Source: Abditibacterium sp.
GTDB taxonomy: Bacteria > Armatimonadota > Abditibacteriia > Abditibacteriales > Abditibacteriaceae
DNA: 64,000 nucleotides
Assembly: GCA_036399575.1 (NCBI GenBank)
Contig: DASWMV010000191.1
Coordinates: 1,230-65,229 of the forward strand
Reading direction: 5' to 3'
Positions 17,268 through 27,065 of this stretch are shown in pieces. The position numbers were made by a program, and so were the translations under genes. The notes below the pieces were generated by a model. The model ran no database searches and had not been told where the DNA came from. It worked only from the letters and a program-made list of their open reading frames with translations. How positions within the stretch are numbered: position 1 is the stretch's first letter; each line of letters begins with the position of its first letter.

Positions 17268-18560
17268 TCAGCGTAGCCAGGCACTTTGCAAATGACCTTC
17301 CGCATCAAGTGCGAGAGCTTGTTTTCCGCTGGCAACAACGCCAAAATTGGCAGCAAAGGGCGTCGTCCAGCGTCGCAGGGTGCGACCTGACTCGGCTTCG
17401 AGCAAAAAGATTTCCGGCGTATCGCCACTGGTGAGAAGGGCGTTCTGGCCTTCAAAAACGATGGATTGCGCGGCGAAATGAATCGGGCCTCCCAAGTTTT
17501 TTGTCCAACGTGAAGCACCGGTTTTGAGGTCGAAGGCGCGCAAAACGCCATCGTTACCTCCAACCACAACCACATTTTGCGCTTCAGCCACAACGGGCGC
17601 GCCGCGTAGCACAATGAAATTCTGGTCCGGTTTTCCAGTGTTTTGGCGCGATAGCGAAGTTGCGAAACTTTTCCATATTTTGCGCCCGCTTCGCGCGTCG
17701 AGCGCGATGATGGCACCTTCATCATTGCACCAGAAAACGCGGTTTTGCGAGATAGCTGGCGCCGCGACTCCGGCTCCCGGCGCACGCGAATCGGTGGGAA
17801 AGCGCCAACGAAGCGCACCACTTTGAGCATCGAAACACTTTAAACCGCCAAGCGAGCCCGCGCCCGCCAGAACTGGCACTACAAACGACGCGAGAGGTCC
17901 ATCCCACGCCGTGATGGCTTCACCGGGCGCGCCGCCAAGCGAAGCTTTCCATTTTGGTGTTCCACTGCGGGCATCGAAGGCCGCGATCTGGCCGCTATCA
18001 TCACCCGCGACCACAACGGCGCCACGCGGCGTGCGCGAAAGCGCAGGCTGAGTCGCCAGCGCCGATGACAAAGCACGACTCCATTTCTTTTTGCCATTTT
18101 GGTCTAAAGACCACAGAATCCCGTCGCCTCCAGGCCAAAAAATAGATTGTCCGGTGACCAAAAGAGGCGCGCCGGGGGCAAAAGCGGTTGTAAAAATCCG
18201 CTGGGGTTTTTGAGCGGGAGTTTGAGGTTTAAAACGCCACAAACTGCCGCTCTGCGAAGCCAACAGGATCGCGCCCTCACTCAATGCGCTCTCGCCTGAA
18301 GCGGCAAGTGCCGTCGCGGGGCGAAACGGGAGTTGAAGCGTCCAACTCGCACGAAGGAGAGTGGGATGGGGTTGCCACAGCCACCAAATCCCAAAACCAA
18401 GCGCAAACACACCTACCAACCACAAAAGTGCATTTTGAATGTGGCGGCGACGCTGCAATTGCTGGCGGCGGCGTGCGCTACGCGTGCCGTAAATGCCCAT
18501 CGGATCGAGACGCGCATTGCGCTCGACGCGACGCGGCGAAGCAGGAGAAGAAAAAGGCAT
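17268..18560 (-). CDS. PQQ-like beta-propeller repeat protein, membrane-anchored (BamB-like fold)
   Basis: N-terminal TM segment ALLWLVGVFALGFGIWWLW. Repeated motifs IAAFDARSGTPKWK, LKCFDAQSGALRWRF, IIALDARSGRKIWK and LRAFDLKTGASRWT. Confidence 0.75.
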   Translation of the reverse strand: MPFSSPASPRRVERNARLDPMGIYGTRSARRRQQLQRRRHIQNALLWLVGVFALGFGIWWLWQPHPTLLRASWTLQLPFRPATALAASGESALSEGAILLASQSGSLWRFKPQTPAQKPQRIFTTAFAPGAPLLVTGQSIFWPGGDGILWSLDQNGKKKWSRALSSALATQPALSRTPRGAVVVAGDDSGQIAAFDARSGTPKWKASLGGAPGEAITAWDGPLASFVVPVLAGAGSLGGLKCFDAQSGALRWRFPTDSRAPGAGVAAPAISQNRVFWCNDEGAIIALDARSGRKIWKSFATSLSRQNTGKPDQNFIVLRGAPVVAEAQNVVVVGGNDGVLRAFDLKTGASRWTKNLGGPIHFAAQSIVFEGQNALLTSGDTPEIFLLEAESGRTLRRWTTPFAANFGVVASGKQALALDAEGHLQSAWLR

Positions 18561-18713
18561 TGGTTTTTAGGTCGGTTTACAAGACAGAGCGAAAAGACAA
18601 AGAAATACAGCTCACGCCAACAGGAAAAAGGCCGCAATTTGCTGTTTCAAGTGACGTCGCGGTTTATCGCTTTTGTGAGTCAAACACCTTCATTTCGAGG
18701 TTTCTACTGGAAT

Positions 18714-19919
18714 TCATCCCAATTCCAAAGTCAGATTGCGTGGCGGCGCACTTTGGGTAGCGGGAATTTCTTTGGCCAAATTTTGCGGCCCTCGCGCTTC
18801 AACGGCTTGCATGGCGCCACTTTCAAGAGCCAACAGCGTGGCTTCCAGTGCGCCGAGTGCGCGGGCCGCATCGTCAAGCGCGCGTTCGGCGTTAAATGGC
18901 GCAGGATTATTGACGCAAACTGCCAGAAACGCTTTCAAATCTTCGGCATAGCCCGACAAATTGGACGCCGAAACGTGCGCGGCGAGGCCTGGTGGCTCCC
19001 ACAACCGGGCGCCTTCACGCGGAACATGATGCCACAAACGCCGTCCCGCTTCACAGACCAAAAAGCGGCCCTGAGTGCCACAGATTTCGAGGCGGGGAAG
19101 CGGCGCGTTCCACGCATCAGCGGCACCAAACAGCACGCTAATTGTTGCGCCGCCCGACAGTTTCAGCAGCAAACTCGCCGCGCCATCAGGGTGACGGTGA
19201 GCAGTGACGCATTGAGGCATTCCGGCCCCGCCGCCAACAAAAGAAAGGATTAAATCAAACGCGGCATAGGCGGCGCCAAAACGTGCGGCGTCGAGAGGAA
19301 AAGGAAAACGCGCTTGAATCGCGGTCACTTCGCCAATGCCGTCTCGTTCCAGAAGTCGTCGAGCGGCGCGGTGCGCGGCGGCGCGTTTGAGAGGCGCAGC
19401 AATCCACAAATTAGGTCCGTGCCCCATCGCCGCGCGCGCAAAAGCGCCCAGATCGCCCAGATTTCGCGCTGGCGGGCCGTCAATCCAGATCCAGCGAGGT
19501 GGCGCGATTCCGTTTTTCGCGCCTGGAGCGCTGGCGGCGAGTTGCGCGAGCGGCGCTGGCAACCAGTCCTCATCATCGCTCGCGGCGATGAGCAGAGCAT
19601 CGAGTGCCATTTCGCGCAGCAAAAACTGGGGATGTTCATAAAGTGCTGCACCGCGCGCTGCACGGCTTAACATTTCGAGACGCGGCGAGGTTTTGGGAGC
19701 AATTCTTGGAGCCTTTTCGTCCAGAGGCGGCGCGCAGAGCGCGACGATTTCGGGCTGTGCAGGCGCTTGATAACGAATATCACCCGACGGCGCGGGGCGG
19801 CGGCTCCACCACGCGCCAGTGTCGGGCGGTGACAGCGCATCGGAGCCAGAAAGCGCTGGCAAAATCGCCCATTCGACGGAAGTTCCGGTGCCGATGATGC
19901 CGATGCGAACTCGTTGCAT
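18714..19919 (-). CDS. Divergent Gfo/Idh/MocA-like oxidoreductase (uncertain)
   Basis: Rossmann-like start MQRVRIGIIGTGTS. The remainder is only loosely family-like. Confidence 0.45.
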   Translation of the reverse strand: MQRVRIGIIGTGTSVEWAILPALSGSDALSPPDTGAWWSRRPAPSGDIRYQAPAQPEIVALCAPPLDEKAPRIAPKTSPRLEMLSRAARGAALYEHPQFLLREMALDALLIAASDDEDWLPAPLAQLAASAPGAKNGIAPPRWIWIDGPPARNLGDLGAFARAAMGHGPNLWIAAPLKRAAAHRAARRLLERDGIGEVTAIQARFPFPLDAARFGAAYAAFDLILSFVGGGAGMPQCVTAHRHPDGAASLLLKLSGGATISVLFGAADAWNAPLPRLEICGTQGRFLVCEAGRRLWHHVPREGARLWEPPGLAAHVSASNLSGYAEDLKAFLAVCVNNPAPFNAERALDDAARALGALEATLLALESGAMQAVEARGPQNLAKEIPATQSAPPRNLTLELG

Positions 19920-20112
19920 AGTGGTTGGGCCAACTTTCTGATTCTCAACACGCAGTTTACCGCTCTAAAAACGCTTCTCGCGTTGCGCGTTATAGAGCCT
20001 TAGCCGAAAATAAAGGCATCACTCTCGCTGCGCCTCAACTTTTGCCGAACTGTGGCGCGCTTTTGACGTTGTAACGGGCCATAGCCCCATTTTCGTCGCA
20101 CCAAGGATTCCG

Positions 20113-22383
20113 ATGTTTCTGTCACGCTCTTTTTCAGGCCCGCGCTTTCTCGCAGGCGCAGTTTTTCTCTCTTTAGCTACTGGCGCGCATGCTCAGGCAC
20201 CGATTTCCGTCTTTGTCGATGGAAAACCCGTTGATTTTGGCGGCGCGGCGCCCACGCAAATCGGCGGGCGCACTCTGGTGCCGCTTCGCGCGATTTTTGA
20301 GGCGCTGGGTGCTCAGGTCGAATTCAATGCGGGCACCATCCGCGCGCGGCGTGGCGACACCAACTTGCAACTTTCGCTGGGTTCTTCTCAAGCGGTCGTC
20401 AACGGCGCGCCGCGTGTTTTGGAAGTGCCTGCCCAATCGGTTTTTGGCCGCACTCTCGTGCCGCTACGTTTCGTCGGTGAAGCGTTTGGCGCGGGCGTTA
20501 CATTTAATGCGGGGACAAACCAAATCGCGATTTCCTCGCCGCCCGGTAGCGTTCCCGGAACAGTTCCAACCACAGGAACCGAAGCGCCCTACACCGTCCC
20601 GGGAGCAGGCCAGACCGTTTCAGGCACGCTCGTCAAAATCGACGTAACACCGCCTTCGACCATTACTTTGTCGGAAAACGGCGCGCTCAAAACTTATGCG
20701 ATGACTGACACGCCGCTGGCGCTACGTCAGATTTCACTGGCTGCATCTGCCAGCGCGGCGCCCGTGCGCCAGAGCGCGCGCCAAATCAATTTGAGCAGCC
20801 TTGCTGCGGGCGACCCAGTGCGCCTCAGCCTGGATGCCACAGGACGCGTCACTCAAATCACTACAACTGCAACCGTCATCGCGGCGCGCGTGCAGTTCGC
20901 GGGTGGCAACCAGATCATTCTGGATGACGAGCGCGACACTACGATCACCATCGGCCCGAACATTCGTTTCGTTGATGCGCGGGGCCGCGCTTCGACCAAT
21001 GTCGCGGGACTCACGGCGGGACAGAGCATTGGTCTGTTTTTGTCGCGCGAAAACCGCACGATTTATCAAGTTTCGGCTTATGCGCCCGATTTTACGCCCG
21101 GAGCGCAGACTCCCGGCAGCGGCGCAGGCGCAGTTGATCCGCTGCCCAATGGTGGCTTGCCTCCAGCAGGCGGGCCGCAAATCCAATTGGTTTCACACAA
21201 CGCCGCGACGCCACTCAAAGCGGGGACGCGGCTTGAAGTTGTAGTGCGGGCGACGCCTGGTTTGCGCGCGATTTTCTCGCTCGGCACCAAAATCCAAAAC
21301 GTCGCTTTAAATGAAGACCCCGCACAGCGTGGTGTTTACAACGGCTCTTACCTTGTCAAAGCGGGCGACGATGTGCTTTCGGGCCGCGTTTCAGCGCGAG
21401 TCACCAACGAAAATGGCGTGGAAGATTTCGCACAAAGCGCGGAAACTGCCACAATTGACACAGTGGCCCCACGCCTGGTGGGAACTTTCCCCGCGAATGG
21501 CGCTCAAATCGCCGTCGCACAGCCCAACATCGCCATTTTTGCCGATGACCTGGGCGGTTCGGGACTTGGCGCCGCCAACGTGGACATCATCACTGGTCCA
21601 GCGAACAAACCCATAGTGACACGCATTCCTGCGACGGTCGCGCCTCCCACCTCGATCAACGCGGTTGCGCCGACGCCGCTTTCGGGACAAATCGGGGTGC
21701 GCGCTGTCATTGCCGACAAAGCGGGCAACACACTAAACGTCAACTTCGCATTTACAGCAGTTGCTGGCGCAGGCTCCATCACCAGCTTTTCGCATGGTGC
21801 CAATCGCAATATCGGCGTTGGCGATGATGTGCCGTTGGTTCTCAGCGCACAGCCCGCTGGACGCGCTTCGTTTGATGTTTTGACACGAAACGGGCAAACC
21901 ATCGCCCGCGACGTGCCGCTCATCGAAGTCGAACCCGGCAAATATCGCGCGACATATCGCGTTGCAGCGGGAACGTCAGGCACATTGCGCTTTGTGGGCA
22001 AATTCACTGGCACCGACGGTCAGACCTCGCAACTTGAAACCACAACGCGTGTTGCAGTGGCTGCCGCGGCTACCAAACTCACGATTCAAACGCCCAGCGA
22101 AGGCGATCAAGTCCAAAGCCCGCTCACGGTGCGCGGTCAGGCTGCTCCCGGTGCAACAGTGGATGTTGCTCTTAGCGCGCAAGGCACCCAGTTTTTTATT
22201 CTCGAATATAAACAGGATTTGGGCGTGCAGCAGGTCCGCGCCGATGCCAATGGAAATTGGAACGCCAAACTCGAATTGCCTGCGCTTCGCAACGTATCTG
22301 GTCTCAAATTCACCATCAGCGTGACTCAAACCGACGCGACAGGTAAAACCAGCGAGCCAGTCGTTGTAACCGTCACTCGATAA
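20113..22383 (+). CDS. Exported protein with copper-amine-oxidase-like N-terminal (stalk) domain and Ig-like repeats
   Basis: Signal peptide. Duplicated motif GRTLVPLRAIFEALGAQVEFN / GRTLVPLRFVGEAFGAGVTFN (CuAO N-terminal domain type). Long beta-rich C-terminal region. Confidence 0.75.
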   Translation: MFLSRSFSGPRFLAGAVFLSLATGAHAQAPISVFVDGKPVDFGGAAPTQIGGRTLVPLRAIFEALGAQVEFNAGTIRARRGDTNLQLSLGSSQAVVNGAPRVLEVPAQSVFGRTLVPLRFVGEAFGAGVTFNAGTNQIAISSPPGSVPGTVPTTGTEAPYTVPGAGQTVSGTLVKIDVTPPSTITLSENGALKTYAMTDTPLALRQISLAASASAAPVRQSARQINLSSLAAGDPVRLSLDATGRVTQITTTATVIAARVQFAGGNQIILDDERDTTITIGPNIRFVDARGRASTNVAGLTAGQSIGLFLSRENRTIYQVSAYAPDFTPGAQTPGSGAGAVDPLPNGGLPPAGGPQIQLVSHNAATPLKAGTRLEVVVRATPGLRAIFSLGTKIQNVALNEDPAQRGVYNGSYLVKAGDDVLSGRVSARVTNENGVEDFAQSAETATIDTVAPRLVGTFPANGAQIAVAQPNIAIFADDLGGSGLGAANVDIITGPANKPIVTRIPATVAPPTSINAVAPTPLSGQIGVRAVIADKAGNTLNVNFAFTAVAGAGSITSFSHGANRNIGVGDDVPLVLSAQPAGRASFDVLTRNGQTIARDVPLIEVEPGKYRATYRVAAGTSGTLRFVGKFTGTDGQTSQLETTTRVAVAAAATKLTIQTPSEGDQVQSPLTVRGQAAPGATVDVALSAQGTQFFILEYKQDLGVQQVRADANGNWNAKLELPALRNVSGLKFTISVTQTDATGKTSEPVVVTVTR

Positions 22384-22396
22384 ATTTATTGGTCAG

Positions 22397-22441
22397 AAAA
22401 ACACAAAATGGGGGCTTCTTAGCTCCCATTTTGTGTTTTTG
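22397..22441 (+). terminator. Rho-independent terminator
   Basis: Stem acacaaaatgggggct pairs with agctcccattttgtgt (one mismatch), followed by TTTTT. Confidence 0.75.
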
Positions 22442-22480
22442 CGTTTCTGTAGCCATTAAAAAACTTAAACTCGGCTCTCC

Positions 22481-23917
22481 ATGAATTCCAATCCTATCCG
22501 CGTGAGAATGGCACCCTCGCCAACGGGAATGTTTCACGTTGGCAGCGCTCGCACCGCGCTTTTCAATTTTCTTTTTGCTCGCCACACCGGCGGCACCTTT
22601 GTGCTTCGTATCGAAGATACCGACGCCGCACGCAACAGCGACGAAGCTGAAGACGTGATCTATCGCGCGCTCGATTGGCTTGGCCTTGACGCCGACGAAG
22701 GACCAAAACAAGGCGGCGATTTTGGCCCGTATCGCCAATCGGAGAGGCTCGACTTCTACCAACCTCTCGCCCAACTGCTTTTGTCGGCTGGAAAAGCCTA
22801 TTACGCCTACGAAACGCCCGCCGAACTCGCCCAAATGCGCGAATTGCAAGCGCAAAACAAACAACCGCCACGCTACAACGGCGCACACCGCGATTTGACT
22901 GCCGAGCAGCGCCGCGCCTTTGAAAAGGAAGGACGCAAAGGCGTATTGCGTTTGAGAATTCCCGACGGCAAAATCACTTTTCCCGATGCGGTTTACGGCG
23001 AAATTTCATGGAAAAGCGATGACATCGATGACTTTGTGATTTGCAAAAGCGATGGCGGGCCAACCTACAATTTCGCCTGTGTCGTTGACGACCATATGAT
23101 GCGAATTTCGCACGTAATTCGCGGCGAAGATGGACTTTCCAACACGCCGCGCCAGTGTTTGATTTATGACGCTTTGGGCTTCGAGCGCCCGATTTTCGCG
23201 CATCTGCCGTTTTTGCTGGGCAAAGATCGCAAAAAACTCTCGAAACGCAACGCCGACACGGTTTCGCTCCTCGATTTCGCGGAAATATTGCCCGACGCAA
23301 TGTTCAACTATCTCTCACAACTCGGCTGGAATCCTGGTGGCGGCGAAACTCAGGAAATCTTTTCGCGCGATGAGCTTATCGAGAAATTCACACTCGAAGG
23401 CGTCAACAAAGCGGGCGCGATTTTCGATGTGGAAAAGTTGAAATGGATAAACGTCGCTTATCTCAAGGCGATGCCGATTGAAGCATTTATCGCGCTCGCC
23501 GCGCCGCACTTAACCGAAGTCGAAGACGAACTGAACAGTGACCCGGAATATGGCCGCGCCGCAATCGAAATGGCGCGCGAGCGCATTCACGGCCTCGCCG
23601 ACATCCAGCGCACCGCGATTTATTTCTTCATCGACGCATTTCCCATTGACGAAGCGGGCGCCGCGAAACATCTCACCGCCGAAAATCTCGCAAACTGCGC
23701 GAAATTGCGCGAAAATTTGGCCGCTCTGGAAAGCTGGACGGCGACCGAAATCGAAGGAGTGGTGCGAACTTTGAGCGAAGAATTAGGCGTTAAAGTCGCG
23801 TCGCTCGTTCATCCAACGCGGATGCTGGTTTCAGGACAAACCGTGGGACCGTCGCTGTGGGAATTGCTCGAATTTTTGGGCCGCGAGCGAGTTTTGCGTC
23901 GCATGGAATCTAAATAA
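22481..23917 (+). CDS. gltX: Glutamyl-tRNA synthetase
   Basis: RVRMAPSPTGMFHVGSARTALFN (HIGH region), LRIEDTD, KLSKR (KMSKS). Confidence 0.95.
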   Translation: MNSNPIRVRMAPSPTGMFHVGSARTALFNFLFARHTGGTFVLRIEDTDAARNSDEAEDVIYRALDWLGLDADEGPKQGGDFGPYRQSERLDFYQPLAQLLLSAGKAYYAYETPAELAQMRELQAQNKQPPRYNGAHRDLTAEQRRAFEKEGRKGVLRLRIPDGKITFPDAVYGEISWKSDDIDDFVICKSDGGPTYNFACVVDDHMMRISHVIRGEDGLSNTPRQCLIYDALGFERPIFAHLPFLLGKDRKKLSKRNADTVSLLDFAEILPDAMFNYLSQLGWNPGGGETQEIFSRDELIEKFTLEGVNKAGAIFDVEKLKWINVAYLKAMPIEAFIALAAPHLTEVEDELNSDPEYGRAAIEMARERIHGLADIQRTAIYFFIDAFPIDEAGAAKHLTAENLANCAKLRENLAALESWTATEIEGVVRTLSEELGVKVASLVHPTRMLVSGQTVGPSLWELLEFLGRERVLRRMESK

Positions 23918-23930
23918 GAAATCATTTTTT

Positions 23931-24010
23931 CTTGTAGGGACATGGCCTGCCATGTCCTTTCATTCAAATTGCAATGTTTTCAAGGACATGGCAGGCCATG
24001 TCCCTACAAG
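23931..24010. repeat. Composite palindromic intergenic element (REP/BIME- or MITE-like), full copy 1
   Basis: Arms 23931..23959 (cttgtagggacatggcctgccatgtcctt) and 23982..24010 are perfect reverse complements. Each arm contains the 20-nt palindrome GGACATGGCCTGCCATGTCC. The spacer contains ATTGCAATG. Confidence 0.85.
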
Positions 24011-24014
24011 AAAA

Positions 24015-24785
24015 ATGATTTCTCGCGCGCAACTCGAAATTTACGTCTGCTACTCAGCGCCAGTTTTCGATTCGCGCCGATTGCTGCGCGTATTGCCGCT
24101 TCGCCGCGAAAACCAAACCGTCAGGCGCGAACGTTTCCAAACTTTCCCCCAAACCGATTTCACACTCGAAAAAGCCGACGAAAACAACAATCGCCGCTTG
24201 CTTTTGCGACACAAACGCCTCGGATCCGAGTTTCGTTTCGCTCTCGAAGTCGAGATTGAAACGAACGCGGCTCCTATCGCCGAAGACAAACCCGATTTTG
24301 CGCGCTGGAAAATGCCGTCGCGCGCGGTGGTTTTCGGCCCAACGCTGCAAATTCTGGCGAAAGAAAGTCGCAAATTAGCACCGCTTTCGCGCGCGACATA
24401 TTTCTGCGAGTTGTGCTTTCAAAGTTTGGAATACAATTCCCAGACTAACGACAAACCACGCGCGGCAATCGCGGTCTGGGACTCAAAAATCGGCAATTGC
24501 GCTGATTTCGCTCACGTTTTTTTGGTTTTGTGTCGGGCGGCGGGCCTTCCTGCGCGTTATGTCGCGGGCTTTGGCCACGCGCCCGGCCAGTTGCACGCCT
24601 GGGCCGAGGTGTGGTGCGATGGATTCTGGCACCCGTTCGACCCGACTCTGGGCCGCGCGGCTTCGCTGGGCAATATCGCCGTCGCGCTGGGCCGCGATTT
24701 CTATGACTGCTCGCCTCATAGCGGCACATTTCGCGGCGTAGCGGAAGCCCATTTGGAATTGCACTGCGAAACGCGTTGCTTGTGA
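24015..24785 (+). CDS. Transglutaminase-like cysteine protease family protein
   Basis: Cys box GNCADFAHVFLVLCRAAGLPARYV, His/Asp box HAWAEVWCDGFWHPFDPT, and a Bact_transglu_N-like N-terminus. ATG at 24015; the upstream part of ORF 23952 is the repeat element. Confidence 0.85.
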   Translation: MISRAQLEIYVCYSAPVFDSRRLLRVLPLRRENQTVRRERFQTFPQTDFTLEKADENNNRRLLLRHKRLGSEFRFALEVEIETNAAPIAEDKPDFARWKMPSRAVVFGPTLQILAKESRKLAPLSRATYFCELCFQSLEYNSQTNDKPRAAIAVWDSKIGNCADFAHVFLVLCRAAGLPARYVAGFGHAPGQLHAWAEVWCDGFWHPFDPTLGRAASLGNIAVALGRDFYDCSPHSGTFRGVAEAHLELHCETRCL

Positions 24786-24835
24786 ATGATTTTGCAAGTG
24801 CAAGAAAATCATTCACAAAAGCGGGGAAATCGCGC

Positions 24836-24880
24836 AGAAAACGAAAAAACGCGAGGCGTAAGCCCCGCGTTTCGTTTTTC
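24836..24880. terminator. Imperfect GC-rich hairpin with flanking A- and T-runs between convergent genes
   Basis: aaaacgaaaaaacgcgaggc / gccccgcgtttcgttttt. A second 11-bp hairpin at 24783..24815 spans the transglutaminase stop codon. Confidence 0.55.
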
Positions 24881-24895
24881 GATTTTGTGAGACTT

Positions 24896-25945
24896 TTAAT
24901 CAATCACAACTTCGCGACCTGTGCGCGATGATTCATAAATCGCGTCGAGAATCTTTTGCAAAGCCAACGATTCTTCGGGTTTGACGAACGCTTCTTCCTT
25001 GCCCTGCAACACATTAATGAAATGGGCCATGCGATTGGAATCAACGAGCGCTGGCAAATCTTCCACATCCTCAATCTTGTAGCCATCAGGCGTATTGTGG
25101 AGCTTTTGCAGTGGCGAAAGCTGGAGCCCCGCTTCGGTGCCGAGCAGTTCCGTGCGGTCGCCCTGGTCTAAATTGGCTGCCCAAGACGCGCGGAGCAAAA
25201 CGGTGCGACCACTTTTGAGTTTGATAAGCGCAATCGAGAAATCGTCTACGTCAAAAGGCTTGTTAGGATCGATTTCGCCTTTGCCCCAGCTTCCGTCGCC
25301 CAGACCTCGTGGGCCAAATTTGGCGTAGGTTTGGCCCGAAACACTGGCCGCATCGAATTCGCCCATCAAATAGAGCGCGCGGTCGAGAGCGTGAACACCG
25401 ATGTCATAGGTCGCGCCGCCACCGGCGAATTTGGTCTGGGTGAACCACGAACCGATGCGCGGAATGCCGCTGCGGCGCAATATGTGGGTGTTGGCGTGAT
25501 AGACCTCGCCCAGATCGCCGCGCAGGATGAGTTGCTTTGCGGTCTGGACTTCGGGCGACATGCGATAGTTTTGTCCAACCATCAGCAATTTGCCCTGTTT
25601 TTTGGCTTCTTCAACCAATTTGGCGGCGTCGGCGGCGTTGGTAGCCATCGGCTTGTCAATCATCACGTTTTTGCCCGCCTGAAGCGCTTCGAGACCAACT
25701 GGCGCGTGCAGAAAGTTGGGCAATGCAATGGAAATCACGTCGATGTCATCGCGGCCCAATAAAACTTTGTAATCGGTGACGAGTTCGGGAACGCCGTATT
25801 TGTCGGCGGCTTCGCGCCCGCGTTCGGGAGAAGTTTCAGCGAGCGCGACGACTTTGGCGTCGGGATGACATTGGAACGACTCGATGTGGTTGAAGCCGAT
25901 TGCTCCAGCGCCGATAACGGCCACGTTATATTGGGTTTTTGACAT
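24896..25945 (-). CDS. Gfo/Idh/MocA family oxidoreductase
   Basis: YNVAVIGAGAIGFNHIESF ... VVALAE ... DVISIALPNFLHAP. ATG at 25945 lies inside ORF 24896..25999. Confidence 0.85.
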   Translation of the reverse strand: MSKTQYNVAVIGAGAIGFNHIESFQCHPDAKVVALAETSPERGREAADKYGVPELVTDYKVLLGRDDIDVISIALPNFLHAPVGLEALQAGKNVMIDKPMATNAADAAKLVEEAKKQGKLLMVGQNYRMSPEVQTAKQLILRGDLGEVYHANTHILRRSGIPRIGSWFTQTKFAGGGATYDIGVHALDRALYLMGEFDAASVSGQTYAKFGPRGLGDGSWGKGEIDPNKPFDVDDFSIALIKLKSGRTVLLRASWAANLDQGDRTELLGTEAGLQLSPLQKLHNTPDGYKIEDVEDLPALVDSNRMAHFINVLQGKEEAFVKPEESLALQKILDAIYESSRTGREVVID

Positions 25946-25985
25946 AGGAAAACCCAGTGTAGACGTTGGAGGAAATCGAGTCACA

Positions 25986-27065
25986 TCAATTGGCTGCAAT
26001 TGGCTCTTGCGCGCCTAAAATTTCGGTGGTCGAAGTCGTTTCGCTCTCCATTTGCATCGGGATTGTCAAAATGCTGCCTTTTCCAGCCATTCCACTTATC
26101 ACCATTTCGCCATTCATCCGTTGCGAAATGCGGCTTTTGAGCGTCAAACCGCTCGCTTCATCGACTTCGATTTCGCCCGTCGAAGTGCCGCTCAAATCAA
26201 GTTGACTGACGGGCGCCGGCTCTCCCAGTTTGTTTGCAGGCAAAGGGACTTTGAACGCGGCGCCCGCATCGGAAGTGAAACTGCCGCTTTGGGAAATCGA
26301 AACGATGCCTTTGGCGCGCGACCGAAACGTGTTTTTGCCGCTGTCGGTAAAAGTCGTTCCCATCATAGGCATCGTTGACTCGAAGTTCCAACTCGCGCCG
26401 AGCGCGACAGGCGTTGTGGGCATCGCGCCATAAGCCGCGCTCAGCGTTTTTTCGAGAAATTCGCTCGACATCATGCCTTTCATCATTTCACGTATGTTTT
26501 TTTGCGCCGCTTCTGTTTGGGGCGAGGGCGTGACGGCTTTTTCCGTGCCTTCTAAAACGCGATTCGCATAGGCTTCGACACCTTCGATTTCGCTGATTTT
26601 GCCCTGGGGTGAAAGCAAAAACGAAAGCTGCGCGCCGACGATGTTTTTGCCCATGTCCGCGAAGCCCTTCATTTCGGCGGGCGGATTAGCGGAATCGTAA
26701 ACCAATTTGCCGCCTTGCATAACACGCGAGGTTTGCGTCATTTCGCGGTAAATCATTTCGATACGCGCGCCTTTTTCGTCAACGGAAAGCACGTTCTGGT
26801 CGATGATAAAGCGGACTTTGGAAGTGTTTTCCATGTTCATTCCGCCTTCCATACCTTTCATCGCAGGCATTTGCTGCGAGTTCAGGCTCAAAGTTTCCGA
26901 TGTGGTGCGAAGTTTCTGTCCGGCTTGAAGGCGCAATTTCCACTGAAATGGCGCGGTGTCGGGCGCGGTAACAGGTGCGGTGTTTGCGAGCGGAGCGGCG
27001 GCTTGGTCTTGCGCCATGACCGGCGAAGTGGCACTCAAAGCGAGCAATATAGCGAGTTTTTTCAT
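25986..27065 (-). CDS. Exported hypothetical protein (359 aa)
   Basis: Signal peptide MKKLAILLALSATSPVMAQDQ. Met/Ser/Thr-rich. The start overlaps the PIG-L gene stop by 4 nt. Confidence 0.6.
   Translation of the reverse strand: MKKLAILLALSATSPVMAQDQAAAPLANTAPVTAPDTAPFQWKLRLQAGQKLRTTSETLSLNSQQMPAMKGMEGGMNMENTSKVRFIIDQNVLSVDEKGARIEMIYREMTQTSRVMQGGKLVYDSANPPAEMKGFADMGKNIVGAQLSFLLSPQGKISEIEGVEAYANRVLEGTEKAVTPSPQTEAAQKNIREMMKGMMSSEFLEKTLSAAYGAMPTTPVALGASWNFESTMPMMGTTFTDSGKNTFRSRAKGIVSISQSGSFTSDAGAAFKVPLPANKLGEPAPVSQLDLSGTSTGEIEVDEASGLTLKSRISQRMNGEMVISGMAGKGSILTIPMQMESETTSTTEILGAQEPIAAN

Noticed and set aside
18333-19253. 306-aa plus-strand ORF; similar long antisense ORFs at 9316..10056, 13482..14190, 28947..29735, 30534..31235, 44274..44987, 55568..56359, 56439..57146, 57568..58293, 60980..61585 and 62231..62815
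   Set aside because: All are embedded opposite or out of frame to genes with strong family motifs. They have Arg/Ala/Gly-biased composition and no recognisable domains. I treat them as shadow ORFs of GC-rich coding DNA.
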